Assembly: GCA_002633005.1 (NCBI GenBank)
Contig: NMRA01000267.1
Coordinates: 405,202-469,201, forward strand
From: Phoronis australis
Taxonomy: Eukaryota; Animalia; Phoronida
Direction: 5' to 3'
DNA length: 64,000 bases
Numbering within the stretch: position 1 is the stretch's first letter; each line of letters starts with the position of its first letter. A model generated the notes under the pieces. That model did no database searches and was not told the DNA's origin. It saw nothing but the letters and a program-made list of their open reading frames with translations. The translations under genes and the position numbers were made by a program. This document shows positions 11,965-24,600 of the stretch, one piece after another.

Positions 11965-14805
11965 TGTGAACCTTCGGAATAGTGATATGAAACCTTGGAA
12001 ATCTTCTTCATCAAGTTTGTTTTTCGTATAAAGTCTGCGAGGCCATTGACATTGTTTGACAAGTGAAGACTTCCTTCACTGACCAACGTTTCTATTAGGT
12101 CCAATTTTCCCTACTTGTAATAATTGTGAACATGCTCGTCGGGGTTTTCTCACTGCAAGAAAACACGGTAGTTAAATGTCTGGTTTTTGAGAGACGACGG
12201 AAGACTGCCTACAGAAAACTAACCGTCGGCGTGTACTGAATTTAAAAGAATGGAAAACACACATCAGGTGTAAACGCATGCAAATCAATCCCGTGTTCCC
12301 AATCAGAGTGGACACTGGATGAACAACATATTTGACAATCACTTTCAATTGGAAATTTGGAGACGCCTGCACTTTACCTAACTATGCTATACCATGACAG
12401 CAGATAGTAAACCTATTTTCTGCTGTTTTGTTTCTTGGTCGATTTTAAGGCTTTCACACCGCACTCGGTACTTTTTGGGAGCATTGTCGTTGCCAAAGCA
12501 GCTTAGCTAGGTTTTCTTCTAGACTCGTTGTTTCCATATTGTGTAGCCATCACGCGCTTCCATTGCCGATGAATAACATAAAGCCCAACCCCCAATCGTC
12601 TGCACGGCGATCCCCAGCCGGCTGTCACCCAAACACCAGCGAGCGAACGGACGGGTCCCGATGATCATGTGAAGCGCTTTGAATGAGAAGCATATTCGAA
12701 ATTATTAAGTCTACTAAATTAGAAGTAAGAAGCACAACATAAAGTACAAGCTGTAAAAAATTGTTGTCATGTTGTCCCGGCACCGGTACCTTTAACACAT
12801 ACAGTGTATAGGACGCGGCTGGAACTTTTCCGCGGACAACCCAGGCTAAAGTTCGATCTTGACATTATGGACTACACTTGTTTGAAGCGCAACGTACACT
12901 TGGATTTTGTTGAGATTTCTGATGTCAGACCATAGGTTAAGTTACAGGAAATTAGCTATCGGCAACTGCCGGTTTTCGCAGTAATCCTAAGTTAGTGATT
13001 TTTTTGGCTTTAAACAAGGTCACCGGTAAATTATGTAAGCGACACTCAATGGGCAGACTAAAACAGAGCTTCGGAATTGTTTCGGCACTGTCTATGAAAA
13101 ATCCAGATTTGTATGAAGGTCGTCTGCCACGAACGTCAAAAAATAACCTTGATGGGCTTCAACGTTTTTGTTTGCAAATCACCACTCAAAGGCAGTTTAA
13201 TTGAGAGCACTGAGAGGCTGAGACACAGACTCTAAGGGTGTGTGCCTTGAGGGGGGGGGGGGTTCCTCGTTGATTGAATTTTTTGTTTATTTGCGTAACG
13301 TTTTAAGGCTTTCTCCATAAAATTAGTTAAGTACAGAGTTTACATAGCTGATCTAGGGATGAAGTGAACTTAAAATTTGCTTCTGTAACCTGTTTCTCCC
13401 AATGCAAAGTTGCTTTACTTACATGTAAGTTTGAATTCGACCTCCGAAACTGTGCTGTGGGGCTTTAAAGATGGTTATGAACTTCCACCTATTTTCATAT
13501 GCCCAGTTTACATGTTCTACCTCATTTTAGTTGTTTCACAACGAAACTCCAAATGCTCAAATATCATAATCCAAAACAATACGGGTTATTGGTTATCTTA
13601 TGAAACGTAAACAATCCCCGTTTTGTTGCTATGTTTACTTTGACAACATTGCTGACCTTGTGCACGCGCGACATCATTCAATAGATGGGGCACTCAGCCT
13701 CGTCTCCTGCCACAACATGGTGGTGATCAGTTAAGGTATTTGAGGCTTGGTAATGGGAAAGGAAATGTGTCAGAATTTCAACAGAAATTGCCAGAATGTC
13801 ACACGTAATTTCAAAATTTTCTGCAGTTTTATGTAAAAATAAAACTAATGGTATATTTTAGCAATTTGGATCCAAATTATTGCAAAAATGATGTATTTTG
13901 ATTCAAAACAGGTTAATACTACTCATAAATAAGAATAGAAAAAAGCACAAGCTTTATTTCAGACAATAAGTAAAACAATGCCTTCTCTCTCATGAATGGC
14001 TACAATGTGAAAATAATTACCATCTGCCTTTGTTCAATGACGTCAAGGCATCGGTCAATCATTGTGCAGAAAGTAATTCCCATAACCAAGCCTCAAATGG
14101 CTAAACCCATAAGCGCCATCTTGAGGCTTGGGGAGAAAGTTGAAAAGGTCACATCAGTGTCACTATTGTGTGTAAGCACAGTGCAAAACCGTCAATTGAT
14201 GCTCATAACACTTTTTGTCAGTGGCGGATCTACGTTTTCAGTAAGGGGGGTTAGGATTCCCGCAAAGGTCGAATCCAAGGCGCGTGGCGCCGAGCGGGGG
14301 GTGGGAGGTAAGCCCCCCTCCCGTGTAAGACAACTTTTTGTTTTTGTAGCCAAACAGTGGAATTTTCATGCATCCTGGTACGTTTCTGGCTTTTAACATG
14401 TCCCTGGAGTTTTTCTTAAGATAATTAAAAACACTTCTCGATTTCGTCACATGAACTTGGCTCATAAGTTTTGTGAAACCATATTTGTGCATATCTGGGT
14501 ATGAGTCACACCACCAGCAAAAAAAATTGTTAGAACATCTGCTTACACACATCTTTTTAGCATCTGAAAACGTGTGGTGTGTATACAGGGGTTTAGACAA
14601 CTACCAAATATTCAAGAGCATAAGGAGTATCAGATGATCGCAACAGCCTCAAGCTGTTTAAGAACGAAGACCTGTACTGTTAGTCTGGAAATAAACATGT
14701 GTTCTGTCTCGTTACTAGAAAAGCTGGCGAACGATGGTGCTCTCAGCTCATAGTCTATTATTAAAAGCGACAATAAACAATTAATTATCACTTTATTAAG
14801 CTGAA

Positions 14806-16060
14806 TCACGTTGACAGCAATTGAAAAACGTCAAATGTATCAGGAAACAAATCATCTGAAAACAGTTTCACGAAACCAAAACACTCTGTAGGCCTACACC
14901 GTGGTGAAAAGATATACAGGAGCAGTTCGCAGAGGGACCAGATGTACACTGAGAGTACACAAAAACTCTGGCCTGGTCCGTCACGAGACCAAAAGTACAC
15001 CTGTGCTTATTATCCCTATAAAAATAGTCGATCTGTCGCGGGACCAAACAGTACTGACTGAGATAAATAGTTTTACAAACCACACTTTGGTGAAAAAACA
15101 TCACAAGACTAGTTCGCCGAGGGAACAAAAGTACACTGAAACTCGATATCTACACAAATCAAACTGGCCTGGTCCGTCGCGAGACCTAAAGCGTACTTTG
15201 CAAAAAATTTTGAATTGAAAACTTCTCTCTAGACACTTTTTAATCCCTAGTGGTTGCACAAACGTGTAGTTTACACATCGATCTGGTGGTCAACAAGAGG
15301 TTGTCTAGGAAGGGTTTTCCCACCGTTCTGTAGTACTCACTGGAAGAAACAAGTATTACGTACAGATTTAACTACGCACTACGTGAAATGAGATTTTGGA
15401 TATGAAGCAGATAGACTCAAGTGGAAATACAAACCAGAATCAGTTTCTGTTCGCTCGTAGACCCTCTGCTGTACTGGGTAAATTTGGTATGTCCAAAAAT
15501 AATTTCTATTTCATTTTCATTGTACACAAGCATAAAAAACCGACATTATTACAAACTGTGCATAATTATAACTTATTACCTGGGTGTTTCTCCAGGAACG
15601 TTGGTCCTATCTTTTTGTTGTCTAGACTGCCGAGGAATCTGTACATCGGATCCAATGGTTTGCTGCTCTTGGAACCATTCTACCCAGACATCTTCGACGT
15701 TTGTTCCCAACGCTTGAACTTCGTCAACTGCTGTGTCAATGAGCTTGTACGGCAATACGATGTCAGCATCTCGTTTCGCAGCTCAGTTGACACTAAGCCC
15801 CCTGAGGGTACCAAGTCCATTCAAAAGACTTACAGCATGCGCAACAAAATTTGATCCGTTCATCATAGTCACTACTTCAAACTTTGACGATGTATCCCAG
15901 GACCCATTTGCATCTCTTGCAATTTTCGAAATAAACGTCCCAATGTTTGAACGCTTGAAACCCGAAGTACTAACATCAAATAAATGCCCATGGGCGTTTC
16001 GTCGTGTGGGCCGTTCTGCGGAAATTCCCAGAGAAAACCGCAATGGTGCTTATTGCAGGT
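14806..16060 (-). pseudogene. degenerate intron-containing hAT transposase (PRKRIR/THAP12-Zaphod/Tip100-like), C-terminal half
   Basis: TLRGLSV/RDADIV...IPRQSRQQKDRTNVPGETP is joined in frame across a GT-AG intron (15579-15340) to SEYYRTVGKPFLDNLL. DDLFPDTFDVFQLLST resembles the start of the hAT dimerisation domain. Frameshifts and stops are present. A candidate TIR CAGTGGCGGATCT lies near 14219. Confidence 0.75.
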
Positions 16061-16864
16061 AGAAAGACGGTAGGTATTGAGGTCGGCACTAGGGCTCCTT
16101 AGGAGGCTCATTGAACATTGCACTAGTCCCGCAAGACTTTGTTGTGAAAATACAGCCTCCCCGCAATTTCTGGTACTGTACACTGTTCGCGAATGCGGTC
16201 ACTTAGTCATTGTGAGTGCCCCCTTGGTCATTCCTTGTATAGACATAACTTGTTAGAGTGCATCTTCAAACTGACTCGCGACCAGATCACGGCGCAGGCC
16301 ACGATAGCAATTCTTTGGAAAACGAGTTTTTTTTTCAAGTATTACATGTACATGTACGCTGTATGATATCGCGCAAGACAACTTTACTATACACCAGTCA
16401 AATTCGAGTTACAAACGTGTGGGGTGTAATAGGATGACACGGCATGACAGATGAGGTAAAAACGTTGCACGTAAATTCGCCTGAATATCACTGAAGGTTG
16501 CGGCACCACAGTATTTCCCCTAATCAAATCAAAACATATCTTAGAGTAAAGAAACTAGTTACCAAAAGAAATCAGCTATAGAGCTGCTATTTCATGCAGC
16601 GGATGGATTCATCTAAAATGCTTCTTTACTTCAGAAGTGTCGTTGGATGCGCGCGCACAATTGATCTCTGGGGTTTTGCACCACGAAGACTCGAAACGCT
16701 TTGATTTTCATAACAGCAATTCACAATGCCAAAAATATATTTTTAGAGTGCACCCCCCCAAATTTTTTCCAAGTTGGTTTACTTGGGGTTTACACATGCT
16801 GGCGGTGCCGTTTTTGTTTTGCTGGAGACGTTTTTTTTTTTTTAAATTTTTGGTCCTGGCCCCA

Positions 16865-16907
16865 GGGGGGGGGGGGGGNGGGGGGGGGGGGGGGGGGGGG
16901 GGGGGGG
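16865..16907. other. poly-G run containing an N (possible assembly or sequencing artefact)
   Basis: About 42 G with N at 16879. Confidence 0.8.
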
Positions 16908-17559
16908 TGCAGGGCACAGTATTAACCAGGATTTTGTTCATCAGACATTCGCACCCCCGAACTACCAAACGGAATCTTGGAGAATTTTAGTGTCTTACCG
17001 GTAAGTCGTAAGTCACTAAATTCGTGAATCAGACCCCTGGCGTGACTTCCGTCACAGCCAAGGGACAGCATGATATTCATTCATTGTCCTCTGTGGTGTA
17101 TCTAGACTTTCTTTAGCGCTCTTTCTGGGTGCCTTCTGTGTGTCAGTTTTAGTTACCTCCATTTTGGAATATAATGTGGTGTTTATCATAAAGAGATATT
17201 CTTGATTGATTATTAAGGTCCACGATACACAACAAAGCTGATGAGGATGCTTGTTCCAGTAATGATACAAAGGCGTCCGTAATGATAATAGGGGATCCAC
17301 TCTTTAGTGACTTTTGGATTTGGTCCCCTTTATTAATACAACTAACTCCGTTTCACATTCACGAAGCTCCAGGTCAATAAAGTCATGAGCAAATTAAATG
17401 ACTGTGATTTCACTGGTTCGCATGTGTCACTCATCAACTAAACAGAGAAAGGTCTGATACTTTAGCGATTGTGAATTGGTGGTTCAGGATAAAATGTATC
17501 ACACGTATGCTGGTGGAAATCTTTAAACGTTTTGGACAAATTGAACTAGACATGAAGTA

Positions 17560-18450
17560 GGAGGGAGAGTCGGTAAACAAATTACCCTTGATTGGTGTTG
17601 ATGCTTAGGATTATACACTGTTCCATAGTGTTATTTGGCGGATTGTGGTTGGAACATTTCAAACACTGGTGCGATTGGTTCACAGGCAAGCACTAGCTGG
17701 TTGCACATGTTACGCCTACTAGTGATCTCATCATGCACTATCCTAATGTATTTTAAGAGGCTTTTGGAACAGTTAGGAGCACGAGAGCTCAGTTGAACAT
17801 AAAAGAAGATGCAAAACTGGTATTTTGTAATGCACGATCAGTACTTTTTGCATTCCGGCCAGCAGTTGAGAAAGAGTTAGATTATCAGGGCCGTTAGTTG
17901 TAGTGAATGGGCATCACTGTTGGTCTGCGTTCCTAAGACAGACAAAAATATACATATATATGGGGGTTATCACATAACTGTTAACAAGACCATTTACAAT
18001 GACCAGTATTCCTTTCTGACAGAAGACCACTTGTGTAAAGATTTGGTAGGTGGTCAGAAATTTTTGAAAACTGATTGGCGTTTGACATACCAATGTCTAT
18101 TCCTTGATGAGAAATAACTGGAATTGTGTATGATCATTTCGCACAAGCATCTGTTCTGCTATATGAGGTTGTCATTTGGTATTTCAGCAAGTCCGGAAAT
18201 TGTTTAACTGGAAACAGTAATAGCAGTACTTCTACATGTCAATGTCACGATGGATGATATCTTGATCATGGAAGGAGATAACAAGAAGCACTTTCGTAAT
18301 TTAAAACTGGTGTTTGAAATGTTCCAATGGTCCAGACCAAGAGTTAAGTTATCAAAATGTGCTTTCATGCAGCATTCGGTTTCAGTGGGTATGGGAACAT
18401 GAGTATCCAGACATGGCATGAAGCCTATTCAAACCATGTTATTGTATGAG
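17560..18450 (+). pseudogene. decayed Gypsy/Ty3 LTR-retrotransposon pol (reverse transcriptase) fragment
   Basis: FCNARSVLFAFRPAVEKEL...SEWASLLVCVPKTD...TVNKTI.NDQYSF...GGQKF...RLSFGISASPEI...DDILI...KLSKCAFMQ, with many stops and frameshifts. Confidence 0.85.
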
Positions 18451-19171
18451 CACCAATGCAGCAGTTGTTTTTTGGGCTGGCAGTTAAATAAACAGATGAC
18501 TTTAGTGAAAGCGGTTAAATAAATGTATGATCATGTGAAAAGCAATCGTACAATTAGATGGACTATCACTATAGGAGAGCAACAGGCTATGAGTGATGCT
18601 GGTGAAACAGTTATGGGAAAGTGGTGGCAAGGAGTTGTGATCTAGCATGTGGGTCTTCTGGCAGACATATGTGATTTAGATGTAAGATGTGCCAGTGTGG
18701 AAAAGACATGCATGTGATATAATATCATACGAATCGTATGTTGCAGGTTTTGAAAAGTACTCAATAGCTGGCTGAACAGTCCAAGTTTGTATTATCACCA
18801 GCAATGCTGCTATCGGGTGTAGACAGAACACAGTTTTCACAACTGAGTGTGTTGAATACACTGGGACGTTTTCTGCATTTTAGTTGATAGATAGCATGTG
18901 TTTATTAACCCCTTTAAAAAGATCATGCCAGTTGATAAGTAAAGTCAAAAGCATGGAAAATAGAGCAAACTACCAAAAAATGACACCAGTTTTAAAATAG
19001 TAGGTGGTCCAATTTATTTCCTTTTCACTAGGTGTCCTTATTGTAACTTTAAGATGTTTGTGGTAATTTAAACATCTGCAGGTGCTAAGTTTTGCCCATT
19101 GGTGTCATCGACCATGCATGTGAATGACAATAATTTGGATGCATCAATGTGAGATCTTACAGTAGAGTTAA

Positions 19172-19954
19172 AGGAGGTAGATACACTGTTTGTTTTTCCA
19201 TGTTCCTCTTTAAAATTTGTAAACTTAAATATTTGTTGTCTTTAATATGACCCACTACTTGAGAATTTGCGAAGAAACTTATTTTTGAACGACTACCTAT
19301 TTAATAAAAAACATATTTAAATTCTCCCAAAAAGCAAATTTTTTCTTTAAAAAAAATTCTGTCACAGAGTTCAAAATCTTCAATGGTCCTTTTTAAGTCA
19401 CCACAACACAAGCCAAGGCTTTGAAGTTCCTTTGTATTAGATTTCAATTTTTTTATTTTGTAAAAATTGAAAGATAACTGAGAAATAACTGAGATAAATG
19501 TGTTTAAAGTTTTACAGTTATCATAATACTTTTAATGAACTTTCACTGACAATCTGTGCATATATTGCTCCAGGTTTACTGATCATGGTAAAAAGACATC
19601 AGAAGGTACTTTCTATTACAAAATAAAAATTTTTTCAGTTGGTGGGTTGCATCATTTAAATTTTTTTTGTGCTTGTCAGACCTAAGTACAATACGTCTGC
19701 TTGGTCTGTTGTACATTTTGACACAAGGGCTTTGTGTGATGGTGTAAGCCATTTGTGGTCTAAGCTCCCAGATTCCTATAGTGAGCAACCATTCAAGCCT
19801 GATGAGCAGACCTATAGGGAAAGGAATTTTCAGAGATGTGACTAAAATGACAATTTTATTTTGTCACGAACTTGTAAATGAATAATCAAAGTTTTAGAGA
19901 ATATTGAAGTTCAAAAACTGTCAAAAATACAAAATTGAGTGTATACACCATCCT
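19172..19954. mobile_element. non-autonomous Kolobok-like MITE
   Basis: TTAA|AGGAGGTAGATACAC ... GTGTATACACCATCCT|TTAG; no coding remnant recognised. Confidence 0.6.
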
Positions 19955-21621
19955 TTAGGTTATACCTAATGCTCTACACAACCTCCACATATTTTATCTC
20001 AAATGCGTCGTTATGAAATTTGTGTCACAAGTGTACAAGTACATGTGGTTGTTCTTGTGCAACAAAAATACTGTGTCTTATGTGTGATATAAATGTTGAT
20101 TATGTGTCATCAATCAGAACACTGGCGTATATTGACCGGAATGAACAATATATGGCATGTAAAGTTATAAGCTGATGTTGTGCATCATGTGTTAGCTCAT
20201 AACACCCTATTTATGTCAGACATCATCTGATTGATTCATTTTTCTATTATATCTACCTGCCAAAACTCTGCAATTCTTTTTAGGTATAGTGAGCTGTAAA
20301 TATATCAGAATGTCAGTGACAGACCTAGCTGTGGCTATCTATTTACACCCAGTCATTGCAGCCGACTAGGGTTGTCTACAGTTTGTGTGTGGTAGTGTTC
20401 TGGTCATTAATGGTTACTTACTGATATTTTCTGGCTTTTTCAGAGCTGGCTATGTTCTATTACTCAGACCCAATAACAGACATAAATATGAGTTATGTCA
20501 GACATAAATCCCATTTAAATCAGACATAAATCAGTTAATGGAAGTCCTTGACACACTTAGTCACTAGTTCATTTCAAAGGATATGATGTCATATCCTGCT
20601 TTCACACACATTAACTGACTTAGTTGAAAAGATGGTGACTCTGCTGCTCTTAATCAGATGCTGTACATATTTATCATCATGACTTTGTATGTAGCTGATG
20701 AGCTAGAAATTCTGTTAAACCCCCAGATCTATCCTATTCATAATTGAGGTAAGTATCAGAAACGTTGGTGACATTTTCTTTGATATGATGTTGAATTCAG
20801 CTCACAGACTAATGAGCTGCATTCTTGAGTTGTGCAGTATGGATTCCTCGAACACTGAAGAATACTTCTTTATTGGTATTATTTTTTGTATTTTGTGCCC
20901 CCTTCCATAAATTCAAATTGTGAACTGACCTAGACAAACAAAATGAAGCCGTGTGCTCCTTTGGGGGTGTTTGGGTTAGTCTAAAAGTTATTCACAAGTT
21001 GAGGAATTAATTAATTAAAAGTGGTTGATTTAAATGGCGTCATCAACAATTTCATCTTGCTCTCTAACTGTCAAATGTTGCTTTTGCAGCCACTAAAAAA
21101 CTTAGAACATGTTTCTGTGACCACAAAATTTTTACAAATCTTTTGTTAGTATGATAAAATCTTACTAATTTTGGACAAAAATAATTGCCAAAAGTGCCTT
21201 TTTCATTTTCAAGAGCTAATGTTGTTGTGCTTGTCCACAGTTTCTCAAAATTTTGTTATCCATAGTGGTAGCTGTGGTATAAACCTTGAAATTATTATTT
21301 TGATTCTTCCTATCCTATATAAAAATGAGAAAATGTTTTATTTGTCAATCAATTTTGTGTTCTTAACTGGTGAGGTATTACCACGCTTGAACGTCGTTTT
21401 GGCACATAACTAAATTCTGTTTTTGTTAATCAATTGTGCACCGATTTTAAACATCATGTTTTAGATTCCTCTAGTTCTGCATACATGAAATGAGCTTGTT
21501 TTGAAGTGCTACTTTATTTTGCAAATTTGGAAACATCTTGTCATGCGTTGTTTTCACTCACAAAAGTTTGTTTAAACAAACTAAGCTGTGTTGTCTTTCA
21601 GGTGTAGTTGATGGTATTCAA

Positions 21622-24600
21622 ATGGATTTTCCACGAATACTTCCGGCACCAATTAAGATAAACGAAATCTCTCATAGAGTGAGTGGGCAGGCTTCATTTG
21701 TTTCAAATTTCTCCGAAAGGTACGTGACCTTGTAGCATTTATTCTGTTAGTCTATGAGTGGAAAATCATATACCAAAATCTTTACAATCTGATTTTGTCT
21801 TTGTGTCATGTGAAAATTAAACTACAGTGGAAACTCAACAATTTCATAAAAAAGTATTTTTTTCATCTGTTGTGAATGCCCTCAATTTCTTAAACATTAC
21901 CTGATGGTAACTATGGTATAGAACTTTAGAATAAGGCATTTATTTTGTGTTATCTTTTATGAAGAAAACAAAATAAAATGTCCTTTGTCAGTCAAACTGT
22001 GATTTTTGTGTAATGGTGTTTCTTATTCCCTTTTGGAATCAGGTTCCTAGAAAATGGCAATGCAGCTGCAGTACCAGTCACAGGGCTGTGTCATGCTGGC
22101 ATGCGCCGAGGGCGAGGGCGTCCTGTTGACAACTACTGCATGAAAGTGGTGGTCCTTCAAGCTGGGTATTTGAAGAGGCCCAATTCTTGGAAGGAGCTCC
22201 AACAACTGAAAGAGGCAGGCCTGGGTAAGAATCACATCCGACTCCGAGTCGGATGTAATCAGTGATCCAAATTTTAAGTTTACTTCAGAGTTCAGGTGCA
22301 TGTTGTGTATACAGTTTTCTTGATTCGCTATTGCAGTGTTTCAAATTGTGTTATGAATAGTCTTGTGTGTTTTGATGTTGTTGACAGGAAGTCATGTAAA
22401 TTTATGGCGTTTTATGGTGGTTGTAGTGACTGTAGCAGTTGTGCAGGGCAACAGTTCATTTAATACTTACAAAGGACGGGCAGTGCAATATATTCCTTCA
22501 TGCCAGTGTTAAAACCTTAACTAGATATTTTTGAAAGCCAGTTCGGGAGCCTCCTGACATGAGCATATACTGAAAGATCTCATGTGCCGAACAAACAAAT
22601 ACAATATTCATACACTGATGGCATCAATTCCTGACCAATTGCTATTTTCATTATTACAGGAGAAGGCAACCCTTTCTCATGTCATGAAAATACGGTTAGT
22701 TGATTATCCCAAACATATGTTTCAGTTAATTATGGCTTCCCGTAATTTTATTGATTAGTCGTGCCCTACTCCGGAAGTGACATTTAGGGGGTTAAGAATT
22801 TTCTGCCATTTTGTTTCTGCGTTCCAGTTTACTGTGAGGATCTGTTCCACTGTCGTTTTCGTGCTGGTTTCCTAAAATTGTCATCACCACTTCCCATCGA
22901 CCAGTATTCTGAGACAAGCCAGGTTGTTAGAGAACTCAATTACGTTGGATTTAGTTTAGTTTGTAACAGCCTGGAAATGACTGGATTCGGCGACCCATAT
23001 CAGAGACACAGTGATGGAGACGTTGTTCATAGCAGCTGTGATGAGGATTTTTTTTGTGAAAAGTCAGTAGGTGGATATATGTTTGAGCCCTAGTATAGCG
23101 AGGTAGAATATGCACAGACAGCTATGAGAGAGATGAGGCGGAGACTGAAGACAGACATGGTGGGACGTCTTGGTGCAAATGCAAGGTGTGCACTATTATG
23201 CCAAACTGAATGGAATGCCTTTGCTGTTCCCACTAGATGGAGACCTGAGCATCCAAACCACTTACATCCTGCAGTGTGACTCCCTCGCTTCACACCTAGC
23301 ACCTTCTAAATACGTCCAATATAAGTCAAGTCCACAATAAACTTATCAAAATTTGGCTCACCGCCCTGCTCATTGTACAATGAACTATCTTCCTCATTGA
23401 GTGTCAAACTGGACCTGTATTCACTCCCACTACTCAACATCCCTGCAGGGCTGCTTTCAGGCTTCAGGCTGGAGACAACACCAGCACAGGGCGAAGCACC
23501 GCTAGTTCACGGAATTGCAGGGGTTTGGGGTACTTTCGGAAGCACAAGTGAGAGTAGATTAAGGGCCTCGAGTGACTGTAGAGGCCACAACTCCCAAGGC
23601 TTCTCACTTTAAACATGCACTCCTCGGGGGTGGCGACGAGCCTCTGCCGGGGATAAAAAAACAGTATAGCACCTTTTTCAGGTGTTGTTTTGCAGGAACC
23701 ATCATCAATTTCGCGTTCATACCTCTTCGACCGCAAAAAAATGTTTGCCAAGCACTTGATAATTCTCTACTGCTTTGTACATTGCATGGACAGGTAACGC
23801 TGCGTTCTTCACATGAACGACCCAAGTACAGCAGAATGTGTCATCTTTCGGAAAGCGATGTAATGGCATACCCAAAGAGTGCGAGAGGATAACGAGTACA
23901 CCCCAGTACACAGCAACCATTTAGCATGCTGACTGACTGGTAAACAAACGCAAACGACAACTGAACTTATCACAACCGCAGTGAAACAATGACTGTCTGG
24001 ACAGCTTACACAGCCAGACTATATGTAAACAAAATCGTGGGAAATTCTTAATCACCTAAGTGTCATTTTCGGAGTACATGACTAATTAATAAAATTACAT
24101 GAAGCCGTTATTAATTGAAACATATGTCTGGGATAATCAATGAACTGTATTTTTACTAATTAAAAATGACATGAAAAAAGGTTGCCTTCTCCTTTAAGTA
24201 TTCACTATTTTAAGGAAAAACATCAGTTTATTGTTGAGTCTCCATGAAGCACAATTCAAAAATTGTGTTTCTTAGGTTTTTTGGAGATCCATAAGTTTTT
24301 TGACGTGTTCGTTGGAAACCAGTAAAATCGTGGACAAAATAACGTAACTGTTTTTGGCAGGTACGCTTGATTATGGGAAGCTGCAAGTGAGACCTAATAT
24401 TGATGAAGAGGAGTTCAGGCAGTTCCTCGTCACGGTCTGTCCAGTGTTGAGGGGCCACAGCTTCTCATTCTGCAAGGCCAGTTCAAGTGGTGACCTGATT
24501 GCTCTCGCTGGTATTAACACGCCCTCGGGGCTGAAGAAAGCTGTAAAACGTGGAACGTTGTACATTTTACCACATAGTGTAGTGCAAACAACTCTGGTTA

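Larger units (their letters stand above)
7050..11995. mobile_element. foldback element with arms built of ~15-bp subrepeats (ggttcactattccgaa), nested in hAT copy 1; ends approximate
   Basis: aaggttcactactccgaaggttc at ~7090; inverted gaaccttcgaagtagt and gtgaaccttcggaatagtg at ~11770-11985. The compact counterpart is at ~46426-47270. Confidence 0.6.
6436..12845. mobile_element. old non-autonomous hAT-like element, copy 1, expanded by nested insertions; right end approximate
   Basis: Starts TAGGCCCGTAGCCAG. Segments ~6440-7430 and ~11640-12840 align by eye with 46017-48170, for example the shared aagtaggaatattgatgaattatcaaccacgatacattca. Confidence 0.65.

Noticed and set aside
16637-16990. 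Gly-rich and Pro-rich ORFs, and a possible G-quadruplex
   Set aside because: All derive from a poly-G run containing an N, which is unreliable sequence.
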